From Candidatus Bipolaricaulota bacterium (GTDB lineage Bacteria > Bipolaricaulota > Bipolaricaulia > Bipolaricaulales > Bipolaricaulaceae): a DNA stretch of 55,351 nt. Location of the stretch: NCBI GenBank assembly GCA_938083225.1, contig CALKCH010000016.1:1-55351 (forward strand), read 5' to 3'. The position numbers and the translations under genes are program-made. Shown piece after piece: positions 44,399-55,032 of the stretch (its first letter is position 1; each line of letters begins with the position of its first letter). The notes under the pieces were generated by a model, which had not been told where the DNA came from, did not search any database, and saw only the letters and a list, made by a program, of their open reading frames with translations.

Positions 44399-45348
44399 GC
44401 CGGGACTTTTGGCACTGGCGTTCGAGCCAGGATTTCCAGCACGATGTCTTCGGTCCGCACGTCCCGCGTCCAAAGTTCCGGGGAGAGGATGAGGCGGTGG
44501 CTTAGGGCCGAAACAGCCACAGTCTTCACATCGTCGGGGGTGACGAAGTCTCGGCCATGCAAAGCGGCCCAGGCCCGGCTCATCCTCAACAGGGCCAGGG
44601 TGCCGCGCGGGCTCGCGCCCAACCCCAGGGCCTCGTGCTTCCGCGTGCGAGCCACGATGTCGGCCATGTACCGGAGGAGGTCGGGATCCACGAACACTTC
44701 CTCTAGGGCAGCCCGCATGGCCAGCACTTCTTCCGGAGAAGAGACGGTGCGCACCGAGACCTCTTCGCTCTTGCGGGAGATACGGCGCCGCAGGATCTCC
44801 ACCTCCTCCGTCGTAGTGGGATAGCCAAAGCGCACCCGCACCAAAAATCGGTCCACCTGGGCCTCGGGAAGGGGGAAAGTTCCCTCGTACTCGATGGGGT
44901 TCTGTGTGGCCAGAACCACAAAGGGTTGGGGGAGAGCATAGGTTGTGCCCTCCACCGTGACCTGGTTTTCCTGCATGGCTTCAAGGAGGGCGGATTGGGT
45001 CTTGGGCGTAGCGCGGTTGATCTCGTCCGCAAGCAGAATTTGGGTGAAGATCGGGCCCGCTTGGAACACGAATTTTCCCTCTTCGCGGCGGAACACATGG
45101 GTTCCCACCACGTCAGCGGGAAGAAGATCCGGAGTGAATTGGATGCGGCGAAATGTGAGCCCAAGCGCCTGAGCCAAACAGCGCGCGGCGAGCGTCTTCG
45201 CTAGCCCTGGATAATCCTCGATGAGCACGTGACCTCCGGCCAGAATGGCCGCGAGAATCAGGGTGAGGGGATCGTGTTTCCCCACGATGACTTTCTCTAC
45301 TTCGGACAGGATTTCTTCCGCCCGCTTTCTCAACTCCGCGATGGTCAA
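44395..45348 (-). CDS. MoxR-family AAA+ ATPase
   Basis: HVLIEDYPGLAKTLAARCLA (Walker A variant), LLADEINRATPKTQSALLEAMQE (Walker B / sensor), and LGASPRG. The TTG start is preceded by GAAGGAGG. Confidence 0.9.
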   Translation of the reverse strand: MTIAELRKRAEEILSEVEKVIVGKHDPLTLILAAILAGGHVLIEDYPGLAKTLAARCLAQALGLTFRRIQFTPDLLPADVVGTHVFRREEGKFVFQAGPIFTQILLADEINRATPKTQSALLEAMQENQVTVEGTTYALPQPFVVLATQNPIEYEGTFPLPEAQVDRFLVRVRFGYPTTTEEVEILRRRISRKSEEVSVRTVSSPEEVLAMRAALEEVFVDPDLLRYMADIVARTRKHEALGLGASPRGTLALLRMSRAWAALHGRDFVTPDDVKTVAVSALSHRLILSPELWTRDVRTEDIVLEILARTPVPKVPA

Positions 45349-45794
45349 AGTGTGCCTCCTTCTGCGTACCGCGTGAGCTCCTCCAGAGCTTCCCTCAAGG
45401 CGGCCAAGAAATCGCCGTGATCTTCGCCGCGCAGGAACCGACCCAGGACGTTATCCCCGGGCCAGCGGCCGCTCCACAGCTCCTGCCACGCCCGCTCGGG
45501 AGGAATGAGTTCCCGTTCAGTGCGGAGAGCTACGAGGATACGGACTAGCCGGTGACGTACTTGGTGGCGCGCCCAGGGAGAATAGCGTGCCCGCCGGAGA
45601 AGAAGCACCAGTTCCCGCGCGGGAAAGGACGGCTCTCTCTTCTTTCTTGGCCGCCCCTCCTCCTTGGGGAGGCGAAAAAGGCGCATGCTCAGGAAAACCA
45701 AAACGAGAACAGCGAAAATCCAGACAAGCCCTTGGGGCAAGGAATCGAGGAAGAGGAAAATGCGCAGGGCCGGATCGACGAAGAAGTCCCGCAC
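45345..45794 (-). CDS. hypothetical membrane-anchored protein
   Basis: One N-terminal TM segment followed by an Arg-rich helical region. TTGA overlap with moxR. Confidence 0.5.
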   Translation of the reverse strand: MRDFFVDPALRIFLFLDSLPQGLVWIFAVLVLVFLSMRLFRLPKEEGRPRKKREPSFPARELVLLLRRARYSPWARHQVRHRLVRILVALRTERELIPPERAWQELWSGRWPGDNVLGRFLRGEDHGDFLAALREALEELTRYAEGGTL

Positions 45795-45867
45795 CAGCTC
45801 AGGAAAATTCAGAAGTAGCGCCAGGAAAAACGCGGCTAGGCTCAGGACGAGAAGAGCTCTTTTGACC

Positions 45868-46695
45868 CTAGGCGTAAGCTTTTTCCAGGGCGGCCAGGGC
45901 CAAAAGGGCCTTTTCTCGACGAGACTCGCTTTCTTTGTGTCCGTAGCGTACCTCCTCGAAAAGCTCGGTTAAAAGCTCGATGGCCTCGTGCTTGAACCCG
46001 AGCCTGGCCAAATTCTCCGCGAACTCCCGGGGGGTAAAACTGGGGCGGTCGGCGGTGCCCGCGCGGGCCGAGAGGATCTCTACCATGCGCATCCACGCCC
46101 AAAGGACCACGTCCAACACAGAAGCTCCCCGTTGGAGCTCGGCAGCTGCTTCCCTGGCGATCTCCTGAATGGCTTTCCTCTTACGTTTTTGGCCCATAAC
46201 ACTGAGGAGGCGGGGGCCTAGCCACAGAGCTAAGGCCAGGCTGGCAGCCACCGCACCGAGATAAACAGCCCAATTCGGCGGCCGGGGAACAATTTCGTTC
46301 TCCTCGTTGGCTTCGCTGGACCCGCTTGCGCCAGGCCGGGCGCCGCTGGGCTCCTCCGGATATAGTGCGGTGAACCTGTGGGCTAAAAGCTGCCAAAGGG
46401 CAAGGATTAAGGCCAAAGACAAAAGGAGACGCAGAAGGTGGCGGCGGAAAGTGCGGGAGAAGAGACAGCCAACCACCACCAACACCAACCCTCCGAAAAG
46501 GACGATGCGGAGAAAATCTACAATCCAGCCTATCGGCACAGGATTTTCCCCGGTGGAAAGGCCGAAGGGAGCGAGGGAGCCCCCGGACGGGAAAGGTCGT
46601 CCGCCGCGGAATGCAGTGCCGCTCAGGCCCCCGGCTAAAAAGGCCAGGACCACCAGCAAGAACCCTCCAAACAGTGCTAGCCGCGTGGTGCGCAT
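45868..46695 (-). CDS. DUF4129-like membrane protein
   Basis: Multiple TM segments. The C-terminus FTPREFAENLARLGFKHEAIELLTELFEEVRYGHKE resembles the DUF4129 signature. The start lies 3 nt after the aspS stop. Confidence 0.6.
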   Translation of the reverse strand: MRTTRLALFGGFLLVVLAFLAGGLSGTAFRGGRPFPSGGSLAPFGLSTGENPVPIGWIVDFLRIVLFGGLVLVVVGCLFSRTFRRHLLRLLLSLALILALWQLLAHRFTALYPEEPSGARPGASGSSEANEENEIVPRPPNWAVYLGAVAASLALALWLGPRLLSVMGQKRKRKAIQEIAREAAAELQRGASVLDVVLWAWMRMVEILSARAGTADRPSFTPREFAENLARLGFKHEAIELLTELFEEVRYGHKESESRREKALLALAALEKAYA

Positions 46696-46698
46696 CGC

Positions 46699-48426
<1,728 letters not shown>

Positions 48427-48466
48427 ACCCGACCTCCTCGAACTCCGCGATTGTACGAGCTTTTTC

Positions 48467-51382
48467 TCAAAGGGGCAGGGCGGCGGGGCAGATGGCGCGA
48501 TAGGCACAGTACCGACAGGAGGCGTACGCGGGTTTGGCCTGAAAATCCTCACGTTGGATCCCATCCGCCGCTTCCTGGATGCATTCCCAGGCCCAGCGCA
48601 GCATTCTGTCCGTGGGCTCAGCCCGTCCCACCACCACCTCTGGGGTTAAAAACCGAAGTTGCAGCTCCGCGGGGCGCTCGCCGTACACCCTTTCGTAGGC
48701 CAGCGCGTAAATGCCCAGCTGCAAAGACTCTTGGGCCCGGCGGTCCGCGGATTCCACCTTGACATCCGAGGTCTTGTAGTCGATGAGAAGAACGCCGTCC
48801 CGGCGGCGATCCACCCGGTCCCAATAACCGATGACTTTGACCCCATTCTCTTCGAAGGCGAAGTACTGTTCCACAAGAGCCGGCCGGCCGCCTTCTTCCT
48901 CCTCGAACTGCAGAAAAAAGCGCAACGCCTCCTCCCCGTGCCGGCGCATCTCCTCCTCGTGGGCTGCGGAAAGGAACCCCTCCGAGCGCCAGGCGCGCTC
49001 GTATACAGACAAAAGCTCAGACAAACTTAAGCTTCTGCCTTGCCGTTTGGCCAAGTGGTAGCTCTGGATGGCCTGGTGAACAGCATGACCCAAGATCACC
49101 GTGGGATGGAGGCGTATGGGAACGCGTAGGACGTGGATGTATTTGTACTTGAGGGGGCAGGTGAGCCAGTCATCCACCTGGCGGAAAGAAAGCTGCAGGG
49201 TTTCCTTACTTTTGGCGGGCAAAACGGGTTCAGGAATTTGCGCCGCGCGACCAATGCGGAAGAGAGCAGGGCTTTCCGGTGCTCGCGGACCAATTTTTTC
49301 TTCGCCCAATGCTTCCACCACGAAGCGGGAGATTTTTGCCGGACGCTTGCGCGGCTCCTCGCCCGGCAGGCGGTAATCGTCGGAGGAGAGAAGGAACAAA
49401 TGGCGTTTGGCTCTGGTCATCCCCACGTAGAAAAGACGCCGCTGCTCTTCCACGTGGGCCACCTCTTTGGGCAGGTCCTCCAGGACCAGCTCAGGAGGAA
49501 GGGAGAAGACTGGGCGCTGGACGCGGCCGGGGAAGAAGTCCTCTACAAGTCCGGTGAGGAAAACCGTGGTGAATTCCCGGCCCTTGGCCTGGTGAAAAGT
49601 CATGACTTGCACAGCTTCCAGCCCCGGAGTGGCCTCGCCCACCATGGGGTTCCAGCCCAGCTCCCGCAGTTCCTCCACGTACCGCACGAACCACGGGACG
49701 CGGTCATAACGGGCCACCTCTTCAAACCGGCGCACCACTTGCTCGAAGAAGGCGGCGATGTTCTCCAAGGCCCGTTGGGACTGGGAAGAAATCTCTTGAG
49801 CTAAATGACTAAGATAACCCGTGCGTTCAGCCAAGAAATGGTAGAGAACCTGGCCCGTGGGGGTACTGCGCGCAAGGCTTTCGCAGTGAGCAAGATCAGC
49901 GAGGGCTCGGCGGGCGGTGGCTAACCCTTCCGGAGAAAGCCCCTCGTTCTCCACGGCCTCCGCGAGGAGAACGCGCAGCGGTCGATGCGTGCGGGAGGAC
50001 GTAGCCACAAGCTGAGCAAGATCAGCACTATCCATACGATAGATGGGCGAACCCAGCAAGTGATACAGGGACTGATCGTCCCGCGGGTCCGCCAGCGCCC
50101 GTAAGAAGGACAAGATGAGCTTGATCTCCTCCTGGTCGAAAAGGCCTGCTCGGTAGCCACCGGCCAGAGTCCAAGGAATCCCGGCTTCACTGAGAGCGCG
50201 CAGGTACGGTTCAGGTCGGTAGCGATTGCGATAAAGCACCGCCATTTCCCCATAAGGGACCCCCTGGGCGTGAAGTTCCTGGGCTTTCTCCGCCACGTAC
50301 GCTGCTTCTTCCGTGACGCTGGGAAAATGCCGATGCACGGGATCCAAGCCCGGACCGAACGGAGAGTGCAACTCCTTCGTGATAGCATGGGGAATATCCC
50401 CCCGAATGGACAGGGCTTCCAGTCGGTAAGCATTTTGACGGATGAGCCGCACCGCACAATCCAAAATCTTTTGGGTGGAGCGGAAGTTTTGTGTTAATAC
50501 CACAACTTTGCTCTGCGGGAAGGCCCGCAAAAAGGCCAACAGATTGTCCCAGGGGACCCCCCGGAAACCATAAATGGCCTGATCGTCGTCGCCCACCACA
50601 GTCACGTTGCCGTGTCCGGCAAGCAAAGTCACCAGGCGCAATTCCGCTCGGCTTGTGTCCTGGAACTCGTCGGCCAGAACGTAGGGGAACCGCTCGTGAT
50701 ATTCGGAAAGAAGGCCAGGATGGGAGCGGAGAAGATCCACGCATTTCAGGATCAGATCCCCGAAGTCGACCAACCCCTCTTGGGCCAAGAGCTCTTGGTA
50801 GGCCCGATAGATTTCCCCCAGCTCGCGGTGCAATTCCCGTTCTTCGGGGGAAAGGGACTGTTCGTGGCTTTCCCACCAGCGCAGGTAATCCTCAGGGGTT
50901 ATGGCCTCGTCCTTGGCCCGCTGGAAGAGGGAGAGCACAGGGGAGAGGAAGGAGAGAGGACGGCGGAGGGCCTGAGGCCGCAGTTTCCGGAGCGGAAGAT
51001 CGGTGAGGTGGTCCAAGAAAAACACGCGTTGGTCCCACTCATCGAGCACGGTGAAATCCGGAGGGAGGCCCGCCAGGGGCGCATTTTCCCGGAGGATCCG
51101 CTCGCACACGGAGTGGTAGGTGGCGACCCAGGCGTCGAGGGCGGCGTAGCGAATCCAGTCAAAGGCGCGGTCGAGCATTTCCTCGGCAGCTTGGTTGGAA
51201 AAGGTGAACACGAGGAGTTGGCTTGGGCGTTGGACGAAGCCCTGGGCGATGAGGTAGGCGATGCGGCGGGTGATCACCGTAGTTTTTCCTGTGCCCACTC
51301 CAGCCAGGACTAAAAGGGGCCCCTGACCATGGGTCACCGCCTCCCTCTGCTCTTCCGTGAGTCCCTGGAGAATTTCCATCAC
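48467..51382 (-). CDS. UvrD/PcrA-type SF1 helicase fused to a C-terminal Cas4/AddB-like PD-(D/E)XK nuclease with Cys cluster
   Basis: LNEEQ-like LTEEQREAV, Walker A AGVGTGKTT, DEFQDT, and QNFRS. The C-terminus has CPLKY..., IDYKTS, QLGIYALAY and CRYCAYRAICP. Confidence 0.85.
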   Translation of the reverse strand: MMEILQGLTEEQREAVTHGQGPLLVLAGVGTGKTTVITRRIAYLIAQGFVQRPSQLLVFTFSNQAAEEMLDRAFDWIRYAALDAWVATYHSVCERILRENAPLAGLPPDFTVLDEWDQRVFFLDHLTDLPLRKLRPQALRRPLSFLSPVLSLFQRAKDEAITPEDYLRWWESHEQSLSPEERELHRELGEIYRAYQELLAQEGLVDFGDLILKCVDLLRSHPGLLSEYHERFPYVLADEFQDTSRAELRLVTLLAGHGNVTVVGDDDQAIYGFRGVPWDNLLAFLRAFPQSKVVVLTQNFRSTQKILDCAVRLIRQNAYRLEALSIRGDIPHAITKELHSPFGPGLDPVHRHFPSVTEEAAYVAEKAQELHAQGVPYGEMAVLYRNRYRPEPYLRALSEAGIPWTLAGGYRAGLFDQEEIKLILSFLRALADPRDDQSLYHLLGSPIYRMDSADLAQLVATSSRTHRPLRVLLAEAVENEGLSPEGLATARRALADLAHCESLARSTPTGQVLYHFLAERTGYLSHLAQEISSQSQRALENIAAFFEQVVRRFEEVARYDRVPWFVRYVEELRELGWNPMVGEATPGLEAVQVMTFHQAKGREFTTVFLTGLVEDFFPGRVQRPVFSLPPELVLEDLPKEVAHVEEQRRLFYVGMTRAKRHLFLLSSDDYRLPGEEPRKRPAKISRFVVEALGEEKIGPRAPESPALFRIGRAAQIPEPVLPAKSKETLQLSFRQVDDWLTCPLKYKYIHVLRVPIRLHPTVILGHAVHQAIQSYHLAKRQGRSLSLSELLSVYERAWRSEGFLSAAHEEEMRRHGEEALRFFLQFEEEEGGRPALVEQYFAFEENGVKVIGYWDRVDRRRDGVLLIDYKTSDVKVESADRRAQESLQLGIYALAYERVYGERPAELQLRFLTPEVVVGRAEPTDRMLRWAWECIQEAADGIQREDFQAKPAYASCRYCAYRAICPAALPL

Positions 51383-51438
51383 CAGAGTTTACCCCCAAGC
51401 TTGGCAAAGGAGGCCGTCCGGATTATGCTTCTTAAAGT

Positions 51439-51870
51439 ATGCAGCCTTTTCAACTTTTTCTCCTGGCGATATTGATCGGGGTGATCGGAGTTCTAGGCTA
51501 CCTCACCGTGACCGACTGTGCCCAAAGCGAATTGGTTACCTTTCAGGGGAGCGTGGTCCAAAAGACCGTGGGCACGGTGGAGAAGGAGCAAACGGTGGTG
51601 GTGGGCGGCTGCCCCCTTTGTCCAGGCTCGAAGCCCGAGACCAAGGTGGTGCGGGTGAACGAGGAGGTTTTCTACCTAGTGGTGGAGTACGAAGAAGGGG
51701 GAGAGAAAAAGACTGAGAGGTTTGCCGTAAGCGAGAAGATTTATCGGGATGCTGAAGTCGGGGAGGCTGTAGAAATTCGGTATTTGCGGGGCAAGACGCG
51801 GGGGACGCGGTGCACCTCGCCGCAGTTGATTTTTCTTGCGGAGGAAGGTGGCATAGGTTCAAGCCAGTAG
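51439..51870 (+). CDS. hypothetical membrane-anchored small protein
   Basis: N-terminal TM segment MQPFQLFLLAILIGVIGVLGYL followed by a soluble beta-rich domain. No motif recognised. Confidence 0.45.
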   Translation: MQPFQLFLLAILIGVIGVLGYLTVTDCAQSELVTFQGSVVQKTVGTVEKEQTVVVGGCPLCPGSKPETKVVRVNEEVFYLVVEYEEGGEKKTERFAVSEKIYRDAEVGEAVEIRYLRGKTRGTRCTSPQLIFLAEEGGIGSSQ

Positions 51871-51888
51871 CTAAGATGCGGGTGAGCT

Positions 51889-51962
51889 GCGCCCGTAGCT
51901 CAGAAGGATAGAGCGGCGGTTTCCTAAACCGCAGGCCGCAGGTTCGAGTCCTGCCGGGCGCA
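51889..51962 (+). tRNA. tRNA-Arg (anticodon CCU)
   Basis: GCGCCCG/TA/GCTC-AGAAGGATA-GAGC/G/GCGGT-TTCCTAA-ACCGC/AGGCC/GCAGG-TTCGAGT-CCTGC/CGGGCGC/A. All stems are perfect. CCA is not encoded. A T-run follows. Confidence 0.95.
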
Positions 51963-52030
51963 GTTTTTCTTTGCCCCTTTACCCAAATTCCACCATAGAG
52001 TATAAAGCCCACCATACAGAGGGAGGAAGA

Positions 52031-52969
52031 ATGTGGGTCTTGCTCCCCGCGCTGTTCATGGGCTGGGCCCTGGGGGCCAACGATGCGGCCAACGTGTGTG
52101 GTCTGGCCGTCACCGTGGGGGCCATTCGCTACCGCACCGCCGTGGCCCTCACCGCCCTGTTCGTAGTGCTCGGCGCCACCCTCGCTGGATCGGCCGGGAT
52201 GACGACCTACGGGGCCCTGGCCGCCCATGGCCTTGCCGGCGCGTTCCTCGTGGCCCTCGCCGCCGGACTCACCGTGACCCTCATGACCTGGCGGGGACTC
52301 CCGGTGTCCACCTCCCAGGCTGCGGTGGGGGCCATCGTGGGCGTGGCCCTGGCCAGCGGAAAGCCTGTGGACTGGAGCACTTTCGGCCGCATCGTGCTCT
52401 CTTGGGTCACCTCCCCGCTGGGCGCCCTCATCATCGCCTACTTTCTGTACCGCTTCCTCACCCCGCTCCTCCAGCGCAAACTGTTTGGGCTCGCGGGCTT
52501 TGACCAGTTCGTGCGCGGAGGGTTGATCTTGATCGGCATTTGGGGAGCTTACGCCTTGGGCGCCAACAATGTGGCCAACGTCACTGGCGTTTTCGTTGGG
52601 GCAAGGGTGCTCTCCCCGATTCTGGCCGGAGTCATCGGAGGGACCAGCATTGCTGTAGGCGTCCTCACGTACTCCCGCCCGGTGATGGAAACCATCGGAC
52701 AAAAGCTTGTGCAGATTGGTACCTGGCCGGCGCTCTTGGCTTTAGCTGCTCAGGCCGCTGTCCTCCAGCTCTTCACAGCCCTAGGGGTGCCAGTGTCCTC
52801 CTCCCAGGCGGTAGTGGGGGCGGTGGTGGGGATCGGCCTGGTGAAAGGGGTGGAGGCGGTGAACCTGCGGCAGGTTTTGGCCATTGTTCTGGGTTGGGTT
52901 TTGACCCCGGTTTTTTCGGGGCTAGTGGGTTTGCTTTTGTGGTTTGGTTTTGGGCGGTTTTTCAGTTGA
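52031..52969 (+). CDS. inorganic phosphate transporter, PiT family
   Basis: ATG 52031 follows GGAGG. The GANDAANV and GANNVANV signature pairs are present. About 10 TM segments. Confidence 0.85.
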   Translation: MWVLLPALFMGWALGANDAANVCGLAVTVGAIRYRTAVALTALFVVLGATLAGSAGMTTYGALAAHGLAGAFLVALAAGLTVTLMTWRGLPVSTSQAAVGAIVGVALASGKPVDWSTFGRIVLSWVTSPLGALIIAYFLYRFLTPLLQRKLFGLAGFDQFVRGGLILIGIWGAYALGANNVANVTGVFVGARVLSPILAGVIGGTSIAVGVLTYSRPVMETIGQKLVQIGTWPALLALAAQAAVLQLFTALGVPVSSSQAVVGAVVGIGLVKGVEAVNLRQVLAIVLGWVLTPVFSGLVGLLLWFGFGRFFS

Positions 52970-52994
52970 GGTTCGGGGAGCAAGGTTCTATACT
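52966..52994 (+). promoter_or_regulatory. candidate promoter for the tRNA-Ser/SRP RNA unit
   Basis: TTGAGG (52966-52971, overlapping the pit stop codon), a 17-nt spacer, then TATACT (52989-52994), located about 10 nt before the tRNA 5' end. Confidence 0.45.
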
Positions 52995-53004
52995 CGTGCC
53001 GGAC

Positions 53005-53095
53005 GGAGGGGTGGGCGAGCGGCCGAAACCACCTGCCTGGAGAGCAGGTGCACCCCAAAAGGGTGCCGCGGGTTCAAATCCCGCCCCCTCCGCCA
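53005..53095 (+). tRNA. tRNA-Ser (anticodon GGA)
   Basis: Acceptor stem GGAGGGG/CCCCTCC, anticodon arm CCTGC-CTGGAGA-GCAGG, long variable arm (TGCACCCCAAAAGGGTGCC), T arm GCGGG-TTCAAAT-CCCGC, discriminator G, and CCA encoded. Confidence 0.95.
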
Positions 53096-53368
53096 GGCCC
53101 GTGCAGGGTGGGGGGGTAGCGGTCCCCTGCATCCAAAACCCGCTACATGTGGAGCCCATGGGCTCCCCGAGAGGCGGGGTGGCGGAAGCGGCCTGGGAGA
53201 GGCGGCGATGACGGCTGAGCCCCCTGCGACGCAGGCCGGTGAACCCCGCCAGGCCCGGAAGGGAGCAACGGTAAGCCGCCCCCTGCGGGTGATAGGGGAG
53301 CGCTTGGTCCGAGCTGGCGGCCCGGGTGCGCCCGGAGGCCTCAGCCCCGACGGGAGTCCGCACGGGCC
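53096..53368 (+). ncRNA. ffs: signal recognition particle RNA, large (Alu-domain-containing, Bacillus-type)
   Basis: The terminal helix pairs GGCCCGTGC (5') with GCACGGGCC (3'). The Alu-domain-like segment GGTAGCGGTCCCCTG resembles B. subtilis scRNA GGUAGCGGUGCCCUG. The domain IV motif CCGCCAGGCCCGGAAGGGAGCAACGGTAAG is present. TTTGTTTTT follows the 3' helix. Confidence 0.85.
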
Positions 53369-53432
53369 GTTTGTTTTTCTCCACCGGCCCTTTACAATAT
53401 AAAGACAAAGAAGTCCAAATTAGGAGGTGCCG

Positions 53433-53870
53433 GTGCGCTTAACCCTTTCCACCAAATATGCCATTTTGGCCCTAGAGGAGCTGGCCCGCCGGGAAAGCCC
53501 TGCTTCTGTCCAGGAACTGGCCTCCGCTGCCGATATCCCCCAGGCCTATCTGGCCAAGCTCGTGTCCCTTTTGGTCCGCATGGGGGTCCTGACCACTCAG
53601 CGCGGCCGCGGCGGCGGCGTGTCTTTGGCTAAGCCCGCGGGTACCGTCTCCTTGAAGGAAATCATCGAAGCTGTCGAAGGCCCCACAGCCCTGCAGGATT
53701 GCCCGTTCGAGCTTTCCCCCTGCGCAGGTGATCCCTGCTGCCCCCTCTATCCTGTTTGGGATCCTCTGCGTGCGCGCATCGTTGGGTTTCTCGCGCAAAC
53801 CAGCTTGGCCGAGGTGGCTCAGCGCACCACCCCGAAAAGGAGGGAGCAGAATGAGCGAGATGCTGAGTAA
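53433..53870 (+). CDS. Rrf2-family regulator with Cys-rich Fe-S ligand region (NsrR/IscR-like)
   Basis: GTG 53433 lies 5 nt after AGGAGG and gives MRLTLSTKYAILALEEL. The cluster region is CPFELSPCAGDPCCPLYPVW. Confidence 0.8.
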   Translation: MRLTLSTKYAILALEELARRESPASVQELASAADIPQAYLAKLVSLLVRMGVLTTQRGRGGGVSLAKPAGTVSLKEIIEAVEGPTALQDCPFELSPCAGDPCCPLYPVWDPLRARIVGFLAQTSLAEVAQRTTPKRREQNERDAE

Positions 53871-55032
53871 CCACAGAAGGGTTGCCCTGAAGGAGATCCT
53901 CCGGCGCCTACACGCCGGTGAACCCCTGGAAGCCCTCCAGGAGGAGTTCCGCCGGGCCGTGGGCAATATCACCCCGCTCGAGATCGCCCAGATCGAGGGA
54001 GAGTTGGTGCAGGAAGGGGTCTCCCCCGAGGAGATCCGCAGGCTCTGCGACCTGCACCTCGCGCTTTTCCGCGAGTCTTTGGAAAAAGAGGAGCCTCTCG
54101 CCCCGGCGTGGCATCCCATCGGGATCCTCATGAGCGAGCACCGCGAGCTTCTCAAGATCGTGGAGCACCTCAACCACGCCGTATCCTCCGGCGATCTCCA
54201 GGCCCTGGAACACATCCGCCAGCACCTACGGGAGTCCGAAAAGCACTACCTGCGGGAGGAGAACGTGCTGTTTCCAGTTTTGGAGAAGCACGGGATTGTG
54301 GAGCCCCCGCGGGTGATGTGGAGCGAGCACCAGGAGATCCGCGCCATCAAAAAGGAGATCCAGACCGCAGAAGGAGCGCGCCTCAGGGAATTGGCCACGA
54401 CTTTGGGGGAGATGCTTGCCCAGCACTTTTTCAAGGAAAATCGCATCCTCTTTCCGGCGGCGTTGCGGGTGGTGCCAGACGAGGAATGGCCCCGCCTGCG
54501 AGCTCAGTTTGATGAGATCGGCTACTGCTGCTTCACTCCCGCGGTGCCGCCCGCTCCCCAGGCCGCCACGCCTGTGGCTCCTGCCCCCGCGCCTTCGGCC
54601 GAAATCCGCCTGCGGTTCCCCACGGGCGAGCTTGCACCCGAGGAACTCGAGGCCATCCTGAACGTCCTTCCTGTGGACATCACCTTCGTGGACAAGGACG
54701 ACACCGTGCGGTACTTCAACGCCTCCAGGGATCGGATTTTTGTGCGCACGCCGGCGGTGCTCGGAAGAAAGGTGCAAAACTGCCATCCCCAAAAGAGCCT
54801 CCCCGTGGTGGAGCGCATCCTCCAGGAGTTCCGGGAGCGAAAGCGGGAGGTGGCGGAGTTCTGGATCCATTATCAAGGCAAGTTCGTGTACATCCGCTAC
54901 TTCCCCGTTTGGGGCCGGAACGGCGAGTACCTGGGAACCCTGGAGGTCACCCAGGACATCACCCGTGTCCGAGAGCTGTCCGGCGAGAAGCGCCTGTTGG
55001 ACGAAGGAGGGCCTGATGGGCCTCACGTATGA
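53851..55032 (+). CDS. DUF438 / hemerythrin-HHE / PAS-domain protein
   Basis: ATG 53851 follows AAGGAGGGAG. DUF438-type N-terminus ...LKEILRRLHAGEPLEALQEEFRRAVGNITPLEIAQIEGELVQEG. Hemerythrin-like HxxxE repeats (MSEHRELL, WSEHQEIR). PAS-like C-terminus (PVDITFVDKDDTVRYFN...). Confidence 0.8.
   Translation: MSEMLSNHRRVALKEILRRLHAGEPLEALQEEFRRAVGNITPLEIAQIEGELVQEGVSPEEIRRLCDLHLALFRESLEKEEPLAPAWHPIGILMSEHRELLKIVEHLNHAVSSGDLQALEHIRQHLRESEKHYLREENVLFPVLEKHGIVEPPRVMWSEHQEIRAIKKEIQTAEGARLRELATTLGEMLAQHFFKENRILFPAALRVVPDEEWPRLRAQFDEIGYCCFTPAVPPAPQAATPVAPAPAPSAEIRLRFPTGELAPEELEAILNVLPVDITFVDKDDTVRYFNASRDRIFVRTPAVLGRKVQNCHPQKSLPVVERILQEFRERKREVAEFWIHYQGKFVYIRYFPVWGRNGEYLGTLEVTQDITRVRELSGEKRLLDEGGPDGPHV

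Noticed and set aside
51536-52702. 388-aa ORF on the minus strand
   Set aside because: It is antisense to the PiT transporter, crosses tRNA-Arg, and overlaps the hypothetical 51439..51870 gene. Its composition is Gly/Arg/His/Pro-rich and artefactual.
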